Assembly (NCBI GenBank): GCA_963818965.1 | Contig: CAWFUG010000012.1 | Coordinates: forward strand, 51,383-115,382 | Direction of reading: 5' to 3' | Length of the DNA: 64,000 nucleotides | DNA from: an uncultured Verrucomicrobiae bacterium | GTDB lineage: Bacteria; Chlamydiota; Chlamydiia; Chlamydiales; Rhabdochlamydiaceae | Shown here: positions 10,302-18,793 of the stretch, piece after piece | Layout of the letters: each line of letters starts with the position of its first letter | How positions within the stretch are numbered: position 1 is the first letter of the stretch | Program-made: the position numbers and the translations under genes | Notes under the pieces: generated by a model | The model's database searches: none | What the model saw: only the letters and a program-made list of their open reading frames with translations | Told to the model about the DNA's origin: nothing

Positions 10302-11503
10302 ACATTTCTGGACTTGCGACGGGAAAAAATTTGGCTTTTTGGGGAAAGATCGATTGTACTCAATCCTTTTCCCATTCGATCGATAAAATTGCACTGGGTG
10401 CACTGAAGGCTGGGTCGTATCTCACCGATCCAGTCTGTAGAGTTAGAGAATGTTATCAGCGCATGCGCTATGTCGATACGTGTAATCCTGAGGCAACTCC
10501 GCTTTGGAATGCGATCCAAAAGGTGTCTCTTTGTATCGGGATGCTGGGATGGTTTTCCCTTTCTCTTTTTTCGACGTTGCCTGGGATGGCCTTAAGAACT
10601 TTGGGCTCTTATCTCATGAGAAATTCCTTCCTCTATATGCAGGGAGATGCACAGGAAAAGAAATTGCCCTCAAATGGCTCTTTTTCCTTACTCTCCTGGA
10701 ATATCTGTGGAGTCAATGCGGGCTATTCCATCACGGATGGCGGTGTTTTGCCTTGGCGCTTTCGGATCGATGCCATCCTGGATAAGATGATACAAAAAAA
10801 GGCCGATGTCAACTGCCTGTATGAGGTCTTCGATATCAATACCGCCACTTACATTTGTGAAAAATTAAAACAAAAAGGCTATAATCACTTCTATTTCAAC
10901 ATCGGGCCCAAAGTCATCGGCGTCCCCTCTGGAATCTTGGTTGCGAGTAAATTTAAGGTTCAAAACCCTGAATTCACCCCCTTTCCCCAAGAGACCCTTC
11001 TGGGGCTGGCAAAACATTCCGCAAAAGGAGACTTCGCGTTCGATCTCGCAAGCCGAGGGCACAGCTTTGCGAGAATCCACGCTACCCATCTTCTCAATTC
11101 AAAAGAGCCCCAATTTCCTAAAGCAGAAGAGATCGAAGCGAGAAGGCAACAGATGAAAATCATCGTCAATAAAATGAAGAAAACCAAAAAACGGTGTGTC
11201 GAAGTCGTAACAGGAGATCTCAATTTAGATGGTAAAGAACGTCGTTCCGCGTTCTGGAACAACCTGTTTTCCGGAAGAGATTTCTTCCACGGTCATAAAA
11301 CCTGGGGCGGAGAGAAATGCACGGCTCAGTTCCGTCCCTCCCATCCCTTAAATTTAGATCATACGATGGTCCTCAAAAAAACCGCGCGCTCCATCTGCAC
11401 TAAGCTTGTGAAAACGGGCTTTGATCGTGGCGTTTTGAAGCCAGAGGCCCTTTCCGACCACGGGGGATTGGCCAGCAAGATTCGCGTAAGAAAAGGCGCC
11501 TAA
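10298..11503 (+). CDS. Endonuclease/exonuclease/phosphatase (sphingomyelinase-like) family protein
   Basis: LLSWNI, CLYEVFD, GDLNLD, LDH, LSDH motifs; ATGA overlap with the upstream gene. Confidence 0.8.
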   Translation: MNISGLATGKNLAFWGKIDCTQSFSHSIDKIALGALKAGSYLTDPVCRVRECYQRMRYVDTCNPEATPLWNAIQKVSLCIGMLGWFSLSLFSTLPGMALRTLGSYLMRNSFLYMQGDAQEKKLPSNGSFSLLSWNICGVNAGYSITDGGVLPWRFRIDAILDKMIQKKADVNCLYEVFDINTATYICEKLKQKGYNHFYFNIGPKVIGVPSGILVASKFKVQNPEFTPFPQETLLGLAKHSAKGDFAFDLASRGHSFARIHATHLLNSKEPQFPKAEEIEARRQQMKIIVNKMKKTKKRCVEVVTGDLNLDGKERRSAFWNNLFSGRDFFHGHKTWGGEKCTAQFRPSHPLNLDHTMVLKKTARSICTKLVKTGFDRGVLKPEALSDHGGLASKIRVRKGA

Positions 11504-11521
11504 AAACAACTTTTAGGCGCC
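11495..11521. terminator. Hairpin between convergent genes
   Basis: GGCGCCTAAAA-N5-TTTTAGGCGCC. Confidence 0.5.
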
Positions 11522-11535
11522 AGGTTATTAGGGGC

Positions 11536-11907
11536 TTATCCCCACCGACAAGCCTCGTCAAAACCTGAGGCTTGAACGGCTATTGTCATTTTTTTCTGTT
11601 CCAATCCTTCGAGCTGAGTGCTGCACAGAAGTCTACCTCCTGTGGTTTTACTCACAACCTCGTTGATCTTTTTTAACTCTTCGCAGCAACGCGTTAAGCT
11701 CCAGTCTGGAGAGACCCTAATCTCCCAGGGAAAATGAAACACATCTTTTCCCTTTAAGACAGAGCTTACCTCTGTCAAACAAACACGGACAGCGCAGCTC
11801 CAATCCTTGCAGACAAGGCGAAACCGAAGATTTTGCGGATCTGTTTTACGCACGATTTCCCAGACCATTTCTGGGGGTAAATTTGAAAAAGTAACTTGAC
11901 TACTCAT
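11536..11907 (-). CDS. F-box domain protein (candidate effector)
   Basis: FSNLPPEMVWEIV...RLVCKDW F-box consensus; GGAG RBS. Confidence 0.75.
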   Translation of the reverse strand: MSSQVTFSNLPPEMVWEIVRKTDPQNLRFRLVCKDWSCAVRVCLTEVSSVLKGKDVFHFPWEIRVSPDWSLTRCCEELKKINEVVSKTTGGRLLCSTQLEGLEQKKMTIAVQASGFDEACRWG

Positions 11908-12009
11908 ATAAAAAATCTCCTAAATAAAAAATTTAAATAAAAACTATGCAGCCCAAAAAATAGGGGGATGCAAAAAAACAAACTTAAAAACTAAAGAAAA
12001 AAGGGAATA

Positions 12010-12108
12010 TTAATAGATATAATAAGAACGGAAGGAAGGAACAGAAACGAACAGAGCGCGATCTGACAGAGCAGAAAGCAACGGTTTAAAGTTTAACTGA
12101 ACACACAT
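12010..12108 (-). CDS. Putative 32-aa small ORF
   Basis: AGGAGG RBS 5 nt before ATG; MCVQLNFKPLLSALSDRALFVSVPSFRSYYIY*. Confidence 0.4.
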   Translation of the reverse strand: MCVQLNFKPLLSALSDRALFVSVPSFRSYYIY

Positions 12109-12300
12109 AAATACCTCCTATGGTTGTGCTCACGACAGTGATTCTATCAAACAGGGAGTGTTTTTTTACAGAAAAATCTTCCTCACTTCGAATAGCAATA
12201 ACATCTATCTGAAAGTAAGCATTTTAAGAATACTTATAAATATGTAGACAAAATAAAATAAATTAATTATACAAACAAATAAAACAAAACAGTAAGAGCT

Positions 12301-13653
12301 ATGAGCCGGTTTTATTTAGGACAGGAAATAAAAACTTCGTTGCAACAAAGTCAGCAACTAATGATGAATTTAGCGATGAGACAGGCTCTTCACGTCCTTC
12401 AACTGCCCCAAATAGAGCTCGCCGAGTGGTTAGTACAAGAGATTGAAGCCAATCCGATTTTAGAAATCGACTTCCCCGAGGAGCCGTTTAAGGAATCCCT
12501 AAACCAGGGTTCCTATCTCTTATCCGATAAGGTCCAACAAGAGGCTGAGAGGCGTAAAAGGGACCATCAGGAGAGCATGCTCAAGGCAAACGTCTCTCTG
12601 TACGAACATTTAATGCAACAAGCGCCCCTCGTCTTTGAAAATGCGGCAGATCTACAGCTAGCGGAGTGGATCATCGGCCATTTAAATGAAAAAGGGTTCT
12701 TAGACGTTCCCCTTTCTGAGCTCGCAGGACCCGTTCCCTTGTGCCGGTTAGAGGCGATTTTAAAGCAGGTCCAGACTTTCGATCCTCCAGGCATCGCTGC
12801 CACTTCTTTAAGAGAATCTCTACTCCTCCAGCTCGATCTATCTCTTAAAAAAGCCCCCCTTGCCAAAAAGATCCTCTCTGAGCATTTCGATGATCTACTT
12901 CACAATCGACTCTCCAGTATTGCCAAACACCTCAAGGAGGATGTGGCGCAAATCGCAAAGGTGATTAAAGAAGATATACTTCCGCTCGATCTCCATCCGG
13001 GATATCGGTTTTCAGCCCAGCCTATCTCAGCGATCGTCCCCGATCTCTTTTTTCTCCACCACGATGGCAAATGGAAGGTGGAGGTCAACACCTCTTATCT
13101 TCCGAGCTTTCATATCGCACACACCTATTCCCAGGCGCTGCAAAACAGCTCTTTAAAAAAAGAGGAGCTCTTTTACCTCCGCAGGCAGCTAACAGGGGGG
13201 AGATGGTTAAAGAAAATCGTCCGCCGCAGGAGTGAGACGTTAATCGCTATCGGCAATTTCATCTTAAAGACGCAAATGCCCTTTTTTAATCATGAGTCAA
13301 AGAGCTTGATTTCGATAACCATGCAACAAGCAGCTTCTGAACTTGACATTCACGAATCTACTGTCGCACGGGCTGTCGGGAACAAATACGTCGCCTGTCC
13401 AGAGGGGCTTTTTTCCTTAAGAGCCTTCTTCAGTCAAGGCATCTCGACACAAAGTGGAGAAAAGATGTCCAACCACTCCGCTAAAGAGATTCTCAAAAAG
13501 ATGATCGCAGTAGAAGATCGGCACGCCCCCCTTTCTGATGAAGCTCTTTCGCTTCAATTCAAAAAACGGGGGATCCATTGCGCGCGCCGAACCGTCGCCA
13601 AATACCGCTCTACCCTCAGGATCGCCCCCGCCTCACAGCGTAAAAAATTCTAG
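12301..13653 (+). CDS. rpoN: RNA polymerase sigma-54 factor
   Basis: RpoN box ARRTVAKYR; HESTVARA helix-turn-helix. Confidence 0.95.
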   Translation: MSRFYLGQEIKTSLQQSQQLMMNLAMRQALHVLQLPQIELAEWLVQEIEANPILEIDFPEEPFKESLNQGSYLLSDKVQQEAERRKRDHQESMLKANVSLYEHLMQQAPLVFENAADLQLAEWIIGHLNEKGFLDVPLSELAGPVPLCRLEAILKQVQTFDPPGIAATSLRESLLLQLDLSLKKAPLAKKILSEHFDDLLHNRLSSIAKHLKEDVAQIAKVIKEDILPLDLHPGYRFSAQPISAIVPDLFFLHHDGKWKVEVNTSYLPSFHIAHTYSQALQNSSLKKEELFYLRRQLTGGRWLKKIVRRRSETLIAIGNFILKTQMPFFNHESKSLISITMQQAASELDIHESTVARAVGNKYVACPEGLFSLRAFFSQGISTQSGEKMSNHSAKEILKKMIAVEDRHAPLSDEALSLQFKKRGIHCARRTVAKYRSTLRIAPASQRKKF

Positions 13654-14412
13654 GAAAATCTGACGCCAACGGATGCTGTGAAGGGTGGTCTCTTCTTTTT
13701 GGTAGGAGAGCATCGCTTCGAGAATTTCAGAAGAGGAAGCTTTTGCAAATTTCTGAATTTCTGCGTCTGTAAGACGGATAGCCATAGACAGAGGGTCTTT
13801 TCCTTCTCTAATGATCTCTTTTAAATTTGCCAGACACTTCTGAAAAGTTCTTTGTAGAACAAAAAGTCTTAACGAACATCCCGCGATAAAGAGAATGGGT
13901 AAAAAGAGAAAATAAAAGCCTCCTATATCCCAGTCGAAGAGAATTTCTGTTAGAGCCAAGGACCAACTGAAGAGGACGAAAGAGAGGAAAACTTTCGGTT
14001 CATAAGTTTTGAGAAAAAGAGGCCCTAAATAGCGCCTGATGGGATGAGAGGCAGTTTGATACGCCAAAATCTCTTCAAAATAGGGTTCCTCAAACCCCAT
14101 CCGCACTGCATGGACCATTTCATGGGCGAGGACTGAGCTTTTGGAGTGTCTGGGATGGATCTGAATCTGACAGTCGATCTTTCCCTGTTCCAACTCTTCG
14201 ATCCACGTCGCTGCTGCCTCCCAAAGATGGAGATTTTTAGAGCTCTTTTGGATCTTAATCCAGTGGGGGGTCATTTGGAAAAGAGAGGGAACAAGCGCGT
14301 CTGAAGAAATAGAACCACTCTCCGCGCGTTGCAAAAACCCAGAAACTGATTCTCTCGGGCCGGGGAAAATCCCATATTCTCCCCACCTCAATAGCTCCCT
14401 GTCTGAAATCAC
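13633..14412 (-). CDS. Membrane protein with HExxH motif
   Basis: LAHEMVHA and two hydrophobic segments; coupled to the GT32 operon. Confidence 0.65.
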   Translation of the reverse strand: MISDRELLRWGEYGIFPGPRESVSGFLQRAESGSISSDALVPSLFQMTPHWIKIQKSSKNLHLWEAAATWIEELEQGKIDCQIQIHPRHSKSSVLAHEMVHAVRMGFEEPYFEEILAYQTASHPIRRYLGPLFLKTYEPKVFLSFVLFSWSLALTEILFDWDIGGFYFLFLPILFIAGCSLRLFVLQRTFQKCLANLKEIIREGKDPLSMAIRLTDAEIQKFAKASSSEILEAMLSYQKEETTLHSIRWRQIFLEFFTL

Positions 14413-15518
14413 TCTTCACCTGGTTGGAACCGATTCGACTCCGCTATCTTGCGAGAGATGCACCTGTTTATCCAAACGCCTAATCCGATCAAACCGATGA
14501 AATTCAAGACGACACTCATTCCAAGATAGAGCAGCAACCGGTTACTTTTTTTGCTGAGGAGCATCAGCCGCTCGCGCACCATCTTTTCAAAGGGGGACTC
14601 CGTCTCATGCCACGTACCGGCATACTTGTGCTGCGCATAGATCGCCAGCTCCTCTTTAGGAGCGTCGAAGAAGTAGGCGGGAAAGACGATATCGCGATTA
14701 CCGTCTTGGTTGTTCGCTTCTCGAAATGCCTCTGCGAACAGCCAAAAGGTGCGGTGCAATACGCGATTGAGCGTCGTATCGCGATCGACCCCAGGATAGT
14801 CCGCTTGAATCTGATCCCATTTCTCTGCGACAGAGTGTCTATAGGCCTGCAAAATGGGGTGATGAGGACGCGCGCCGATGAGATTATTCGTCGTATGCAC
14901 ACAAGAGGACAAGCTGCTCGTATGCGGCATATCGATGCCGCAGTAAAAATCAAAAGTCTCATTGAGAGGCGCGAACGATTTTAAGCATTTGACATCGTGA
15001 TCGACATACACTCCCCCCTCTTGGTAGAGAATCACGCAACGGAGCAGATCTGATTTCTCTGCATAATTATCCGCCTTTGCAAAGCAACCCTGCAAGTCGT
15101 CCAACTCTAAATCATGCACCCACCTCAGCTGCATCCCAGGACACGGCAAAGGGCGAGCCTGATCGGTCCAAAAACAAAAGGTCCAATCGGGATTTTTCGC
15201 CATCCACGTCCGCACATTTTCCACCGACTCCAAAGGGAAAGGACGAGGGCCCAACCAGATGAAGTGGACGACTTTGGGAATATGCATCTCTTTGTGTGAA
15301 AGAGACAGCAACCCCTTGTTTGAATCGTAGATCCCCTCATAAAGCCTAAGCGCTTCAAAATCCTGTTTAGTTTGCACATACTGCCAAGAGGGGAGCTCCT
15401 TTCCCGTAAGACTTGCAAAATCATCGGAAGAGGGTTTCTGGTACGTCTTTTTCTTAGCGCATCCAAATCCCAAAAACAAACAAGCCAAGATTAATAGCCT
15501 TACGATCAATAGTCTCAT
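14409..15518 (-). CDS. GT32-like (DXD) glycosyltransferase with lipoprotein-like signal and C-terminal TM
   Basis: IPKVVHFIWLG, SDLLR, GGVYVDHD. Confidence 0.85.
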   Translation of the reverse strand: MRLLIVRLLILACLFLGFGCAKKKTYQKPSSDDFASLTGKELPSWQYVQTKQDFEALRLYEGIYDSNKGLLSLSHKEMHIPKVVHFIWLGPRPFPLESVENVRTWMAKNPDWTFCFWTDQARPLPCPGMQLRWVHDLELDDLQGCFAKADNYAEKSDLLRCVILYQEGGVYVDHDVKCLKSFAPLNETFDFYCGIDMPHTSSLSSCVHTTNNLIGARPHHPILQAYRHSVAEKWDQIQADYPGVDRDTTLNRVLHRTFWLFAEAFREANNQDGNRDIVFPAYFFDAPKEELAIYAQHKYAGTWHETESPFEKMVRERLMLLSKKSNRLLLYLGMSVVLNFIGLIGLGVWINRCISRKIAESNRFQPGEE

Positions 15519-16540
15519 GTGCGTCTCCTCAGAAGCGTGCAGAAAAAAATGAGGTTCATCCCCACTAGTACTTTGAGAAAGAGTGCCAAGTTTTTATTTT
15601 TTTGAGCAACTTTTCCCAAAGATTTTTCCACTTTTTTTTCGAAAAGGGATTTTTTGTCCTTAGACTCATCCCACGCTGTCGCATAAAAATGCTGCGAGTA
15701 AAGAGAAGGAATTCCCGACTTTGAGAAAAAATAGGCAGCCGGCAATAGGATATCGACATTGCCTTTCTGGTCGATCGTCTCAAATAGAGAGTCTGAGAGC
15801 GCGATGTAAGTGCGTTGCATGACGACCTCAGCGCGGGAATAATCATCTCTTCCTCGGTACCGCGCCCCAATCGCATCCCATCTTTCTGCAATGAGATCGA
15901 GCACTTTTTCCACAGTCGGGTGGTGGGAGCGGGAACCGATCACTCCATTGCCGCAGGTGATGTTCCTGCCGACAAAGGGCTCGTGGGGCGTCTCTAGACA
16001 ACAAAATAAGTCAAAACCCCGATGCATCCCCTCAAAAGGACGCAGACAGTTGGCATCGTGATCGACATAGACACCCCCTTGATCATAGAGAATCTCATAT
16101 CGCAGAATGTCTGATTTTTCTCCCCAATTCGCAGACTCCTCATAACATCTCTCGAGTTTGGCAAAGGAAAAATCGGAGACCAAAATCGTCTCCATTCCCT
16201 CACAGGGAGGTTCCCTCTCTCGATCTGTCCAAAATTTCACCTTCCACTCTGGATTTTGAGCGATCCAGGTACGGACGTTTTCAACTGATTGGGGCGGAAA
16301 AGAGCGAGGCCCTAGCCAAATGAAATGGATGACAGGGGGGATCTTATAAGATGTGGCTTCTGAAAACTGCTCCTTTTCGTTCTTCTCATACAGCGCTTTT
16401 GCTAGCTGGAGAAATGCGAGATCTTTAGGCTGCGATACAAAGCGAAAATGGGGCGTCTCTTTCCCCATGAGCTGGTAGAAATCCTCAGACTCTCCAAAGA
16501 GCGCGGCCAGCGGAAAAAGCAAAAGGAGAAGTGTTTTCAC
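15515..16540 (-). CDS. GT32-like (DXD) glycosyltransferase
   Basis: IPPVIHFIWLG, SDILRY, GGVYVDHD. Confidence 0.85.
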   Translation of the reverse strand: MKTLLLLLFPLAALFGESEDFYQLMGKETPHFRFVSQPKDLAFLQLAKALYEKNEKEQFSEATSYKIPPVIHFIWLGPRSFPPQSVENVRTWIAQNPEWKVKFWTDREREPPCEGMETILVSDFSFAKLERCYEESANWGEKSDILRYEILYDQGGVYVDHDANCLRPFEGMHRGFDLFCCLETPHEPFVGRNITCGNGVIGSRSHHPTVEKVLDLIAERWDAIGARYRGRDDYSRAEVVMQRTYIALSDSLFETIDQKGNVDILLPAAYFFSKSGIPSLYSQHFYATAWDESKDKKSLFEKKVEKSLGKVAQKNKNLALFLKVLVGMNLIFFCTLLRRRT

Positions 16541-17497
16541 TTAAAACCTCCTCTTTCTAAAAAAAAGGATCCCAAGACAGAGATTAAAACCCGTTAACCC
16601 CAAAATGATCCCCAAATTCTGCGTCTGATCCTTTGTTATCCGCAACAACAGCTCTTCTACCTTCATTTCTGCCTCAGAACTGCGCGTGTACCACGTGCCT
16701 AAATGGCTGTGTCGCGCGTACTGACCTTCCCCCTTCTCTTGTAAACTGAAGAAATGGGGAGGAAATACGACATCACAGCGCCCTTCCTGGCCGTGCGATT
16801 CTCTGATCCCCATATCCAGCGCGCGAAAACTGCGGTGCTGCACGCGATTGAAAAGAGCAGAAGAGTCTCCTCCTGGATATACCCTCTCCAATCGATCCCA
16901 TTCCCTCTGGAGCCATTCGATCGCCGATCTCAAAATGGGATGAGACGGTGCAGCACCGACGAGATGGGGGGAAGGGTTAACCGAAGAGCTCAAGACAGTA
17001 GTACCGAAACGCTCCATGCCGCAAAAAAAATCGCAAGATGTCTGAATCGGATCAATGGCTCGCAAACACTCTACATCGTGGTCAACGTAGACACCGCCTT
17101 CGCTCGAAAGGACAGCGTAGCGCAATAAAAGCGAACGCTCCCCGAAGTTGTCGCACTGAAAGTATTGATCTTCCAGTCTCGTTAAAGGAAAATCTTTAAA
17201 GAAGAGTGTCTTTGCCCCCAAACCGGAAAGAGCCTCTTTCCCATCTGTCCAAAATTTAACTGTCCAATCGGGATGCAAGCGGATCCAGCCCTGGATATTT
17301 TTCACCGAATCAGAGGTTAAAGGCTTGGGGCCCAACCAGATAAAGTGAAGTGTCTTCGGGATGGTTCCTCTTTCTGGTCCCTCTTTTTGTCTTAAACTAT
17401 TGTAGAACTCCAGTCGCTGTACATCTTCAAGTGTCTGTATATAATCGGCATGGACACAAAAAGAAAGCGTCAAAAAAAGAATAATAAAACGTTTCAT
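16541..17497 (-). CDS. GT32-like (DXD) glycosyltransferase
   Basis: IPKTLHFIWLG, GGVYVDHD; signal peptide and C-terminal TM. Confidence 0.85.
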   Translation of the reverse strand: MKRFIILFLTLSFCVHADYIQTLEDVQRLEFYNSLRQKEGPERGTIPKTLHFIWLGPKPLTSDSVKNIQGWIRLHPDWTVKFWTDGKEALSGLGAKTLFFKDFPLTRLEDQYFQCDNFGERSLLLRYAVLSSEGGVYVDHDVECLRAIDPIQTSCDFFCGMERFGTTVLSSSVNPSPHLVGAAPSHPILRSAIEWLQREWDRLERVYPGGDSSALFNRVQHRSFRALDMGIRESHGQEGRCDVVFPPHFFSLQEKGEGQYARHSHLGTWYTRSSEAEMKVEELLLRITKDQTQNLGIILGLTGFNLCLGILFFRKRRF

Positions 17498-17523
17498 AGG
17501 CCTTGAGATTACATCCAAACAAT

Positions 17524-18498
17524 TTAATAAACAACATTTTCATTTCTTAAGATCTCATTCATCCTAGCGTTCACCCAATCAAAATCGAACTGTTTCTCTT
17601 TAAACTGCAAATAGTGGTCTCGGATGGCCACATTCAATATGAGCGCCGTATTTGTATACCACTGATTGTCCCATAGGGCTAAATGGGTATACAGAGTCAG
17701 ATAGTCATAAGGGTCTTGAGAAATTTTGTACGGAAACTCCTTGAGATTATGGACGAGATCTTGTCTGACAAAGGTGAGATTTCCCGTATAGGAAACAGGG
17801 ATATACCCCTTCGTAAGACCTAGTCGCACTGTTGAGATAAAACTAGAACCTGCGCCCACTTTTCCTGGGAACCATTCCCGCAGCGGATCGATGCGGTACT
17901 CTTTTTGGGGAGCGCTTGGAAGCTCTTCAATAATAGGATCTCTATAGGGATTTGTCTCAATGATGACAATTTTCGGAGAAAATTCAGTTAACTTTTCCCA
18001 GACGTAATAGTCGTCACAATCGATATCAATGGAGAGAATGTCTAGGTCATAAGGCAATTGTCCTCTTTTGAGCCAGGCATTCAGATCGTTTTTAGCATCT
18101 TTGTAATCTACAGCCCCTTGAAAGACCCGTACATTGGGAAAATCCCGATAATTAATTGCACACTCTTGCGCTTTAGATGCATCTAATTCAATGGCTATCC
18201 CAGTGAAGCCATAATTTTTAATCAAGTTGTAGGTATTGCTAGAGTAGATCCCGTTATGGGCGCCAAACTCACAAAAAGTTCCCCGCGTGATGTGCAGCTC
18301 TGCTAACAGCTGTTGTAAAATCCCGTCCTCCCCATTTTGGGGGTAGATGTTCTTGCAATATTGATGATATGTGTTGTCCGGTAACTCATAGTGAAACGGG
18401 AGGATATTATCTGTCGGAAAAGGGTCGAACAGTGCTGAGTGGACACCAATGACTGCACCTAAAACCACTACAAAAAAAAATCGAATTACGCTTGTCAT
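17524..18498 (-). CDS. FkbM-like SAM-dependent methyltransferase, exported
   Basis: QNGEDGIL, FCEFGA, LSIDIDCDD motifs. Confidence 0.7.
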   Translation of the reverse strand: MTSVIRFFFVVVLGAVIGVHSALFDPFPTDNILPFHYELPDNTYHQYCKNIYPQNGEDGILQQLLAELHITRGTFCEFGAHNGIYSSNTYNLIKNYGFTGIAIELDASKAQECAINYRDFPNVRVFQGAVDYKDAKNDLNAWLKRGQLPYDLDILSIDIDCDDYYVWEKLTEFSPKIVIIETNPYRDPIIEELPSAPQKEYRIDPLREWFPGKVGAGSSFISTVRLGLTKGYIPVSYTGNLTFVRQDLVHNLKEFPYKISQDPYDYLTLYTHLALWDNQWYTNTALILNVAIRDHYLQFKEKQFDFDWVNARMNEILRNENVVY

Positions 18499-18575
18499 CT
18501 ATTTCCCTCTAGAAAAAATTTGAAAGAGTATTAGAGCCTAAACTGCCAAGAACAGTCAAGGAAAAATTTCATTAA

Positions 18576-18646
18576 GACAGCGCCCGGTCAGGAATTGCGA
18601 ATTTGAATTTTTGATCAGCTCCTGCAATTCCTCACCGGGCGCAGTA
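18576..18646. repeat. Internally deleted palindromic element (arm type E)
   Basis: GCGCCCGGTCAGGAATTGCGAATTTG...GCAATTCCTCACCGGGCGCAGTA; the arm matches the copy at 42682..42764. Confidence 0.75.
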
Positions 18647-18793
18647 GGGATTCTTCAGGAGGAAAACGGCGTACCGCCACAGAATTCTCTTGATTTTGTG
18701 GGGTATTCCCTTTAATCTGCCATTTTTGCGTGTTTTTTATACCTCGTTTTTATACAACTAATCGTGTACTTCTCACCATTGAGGAATTAGTAA

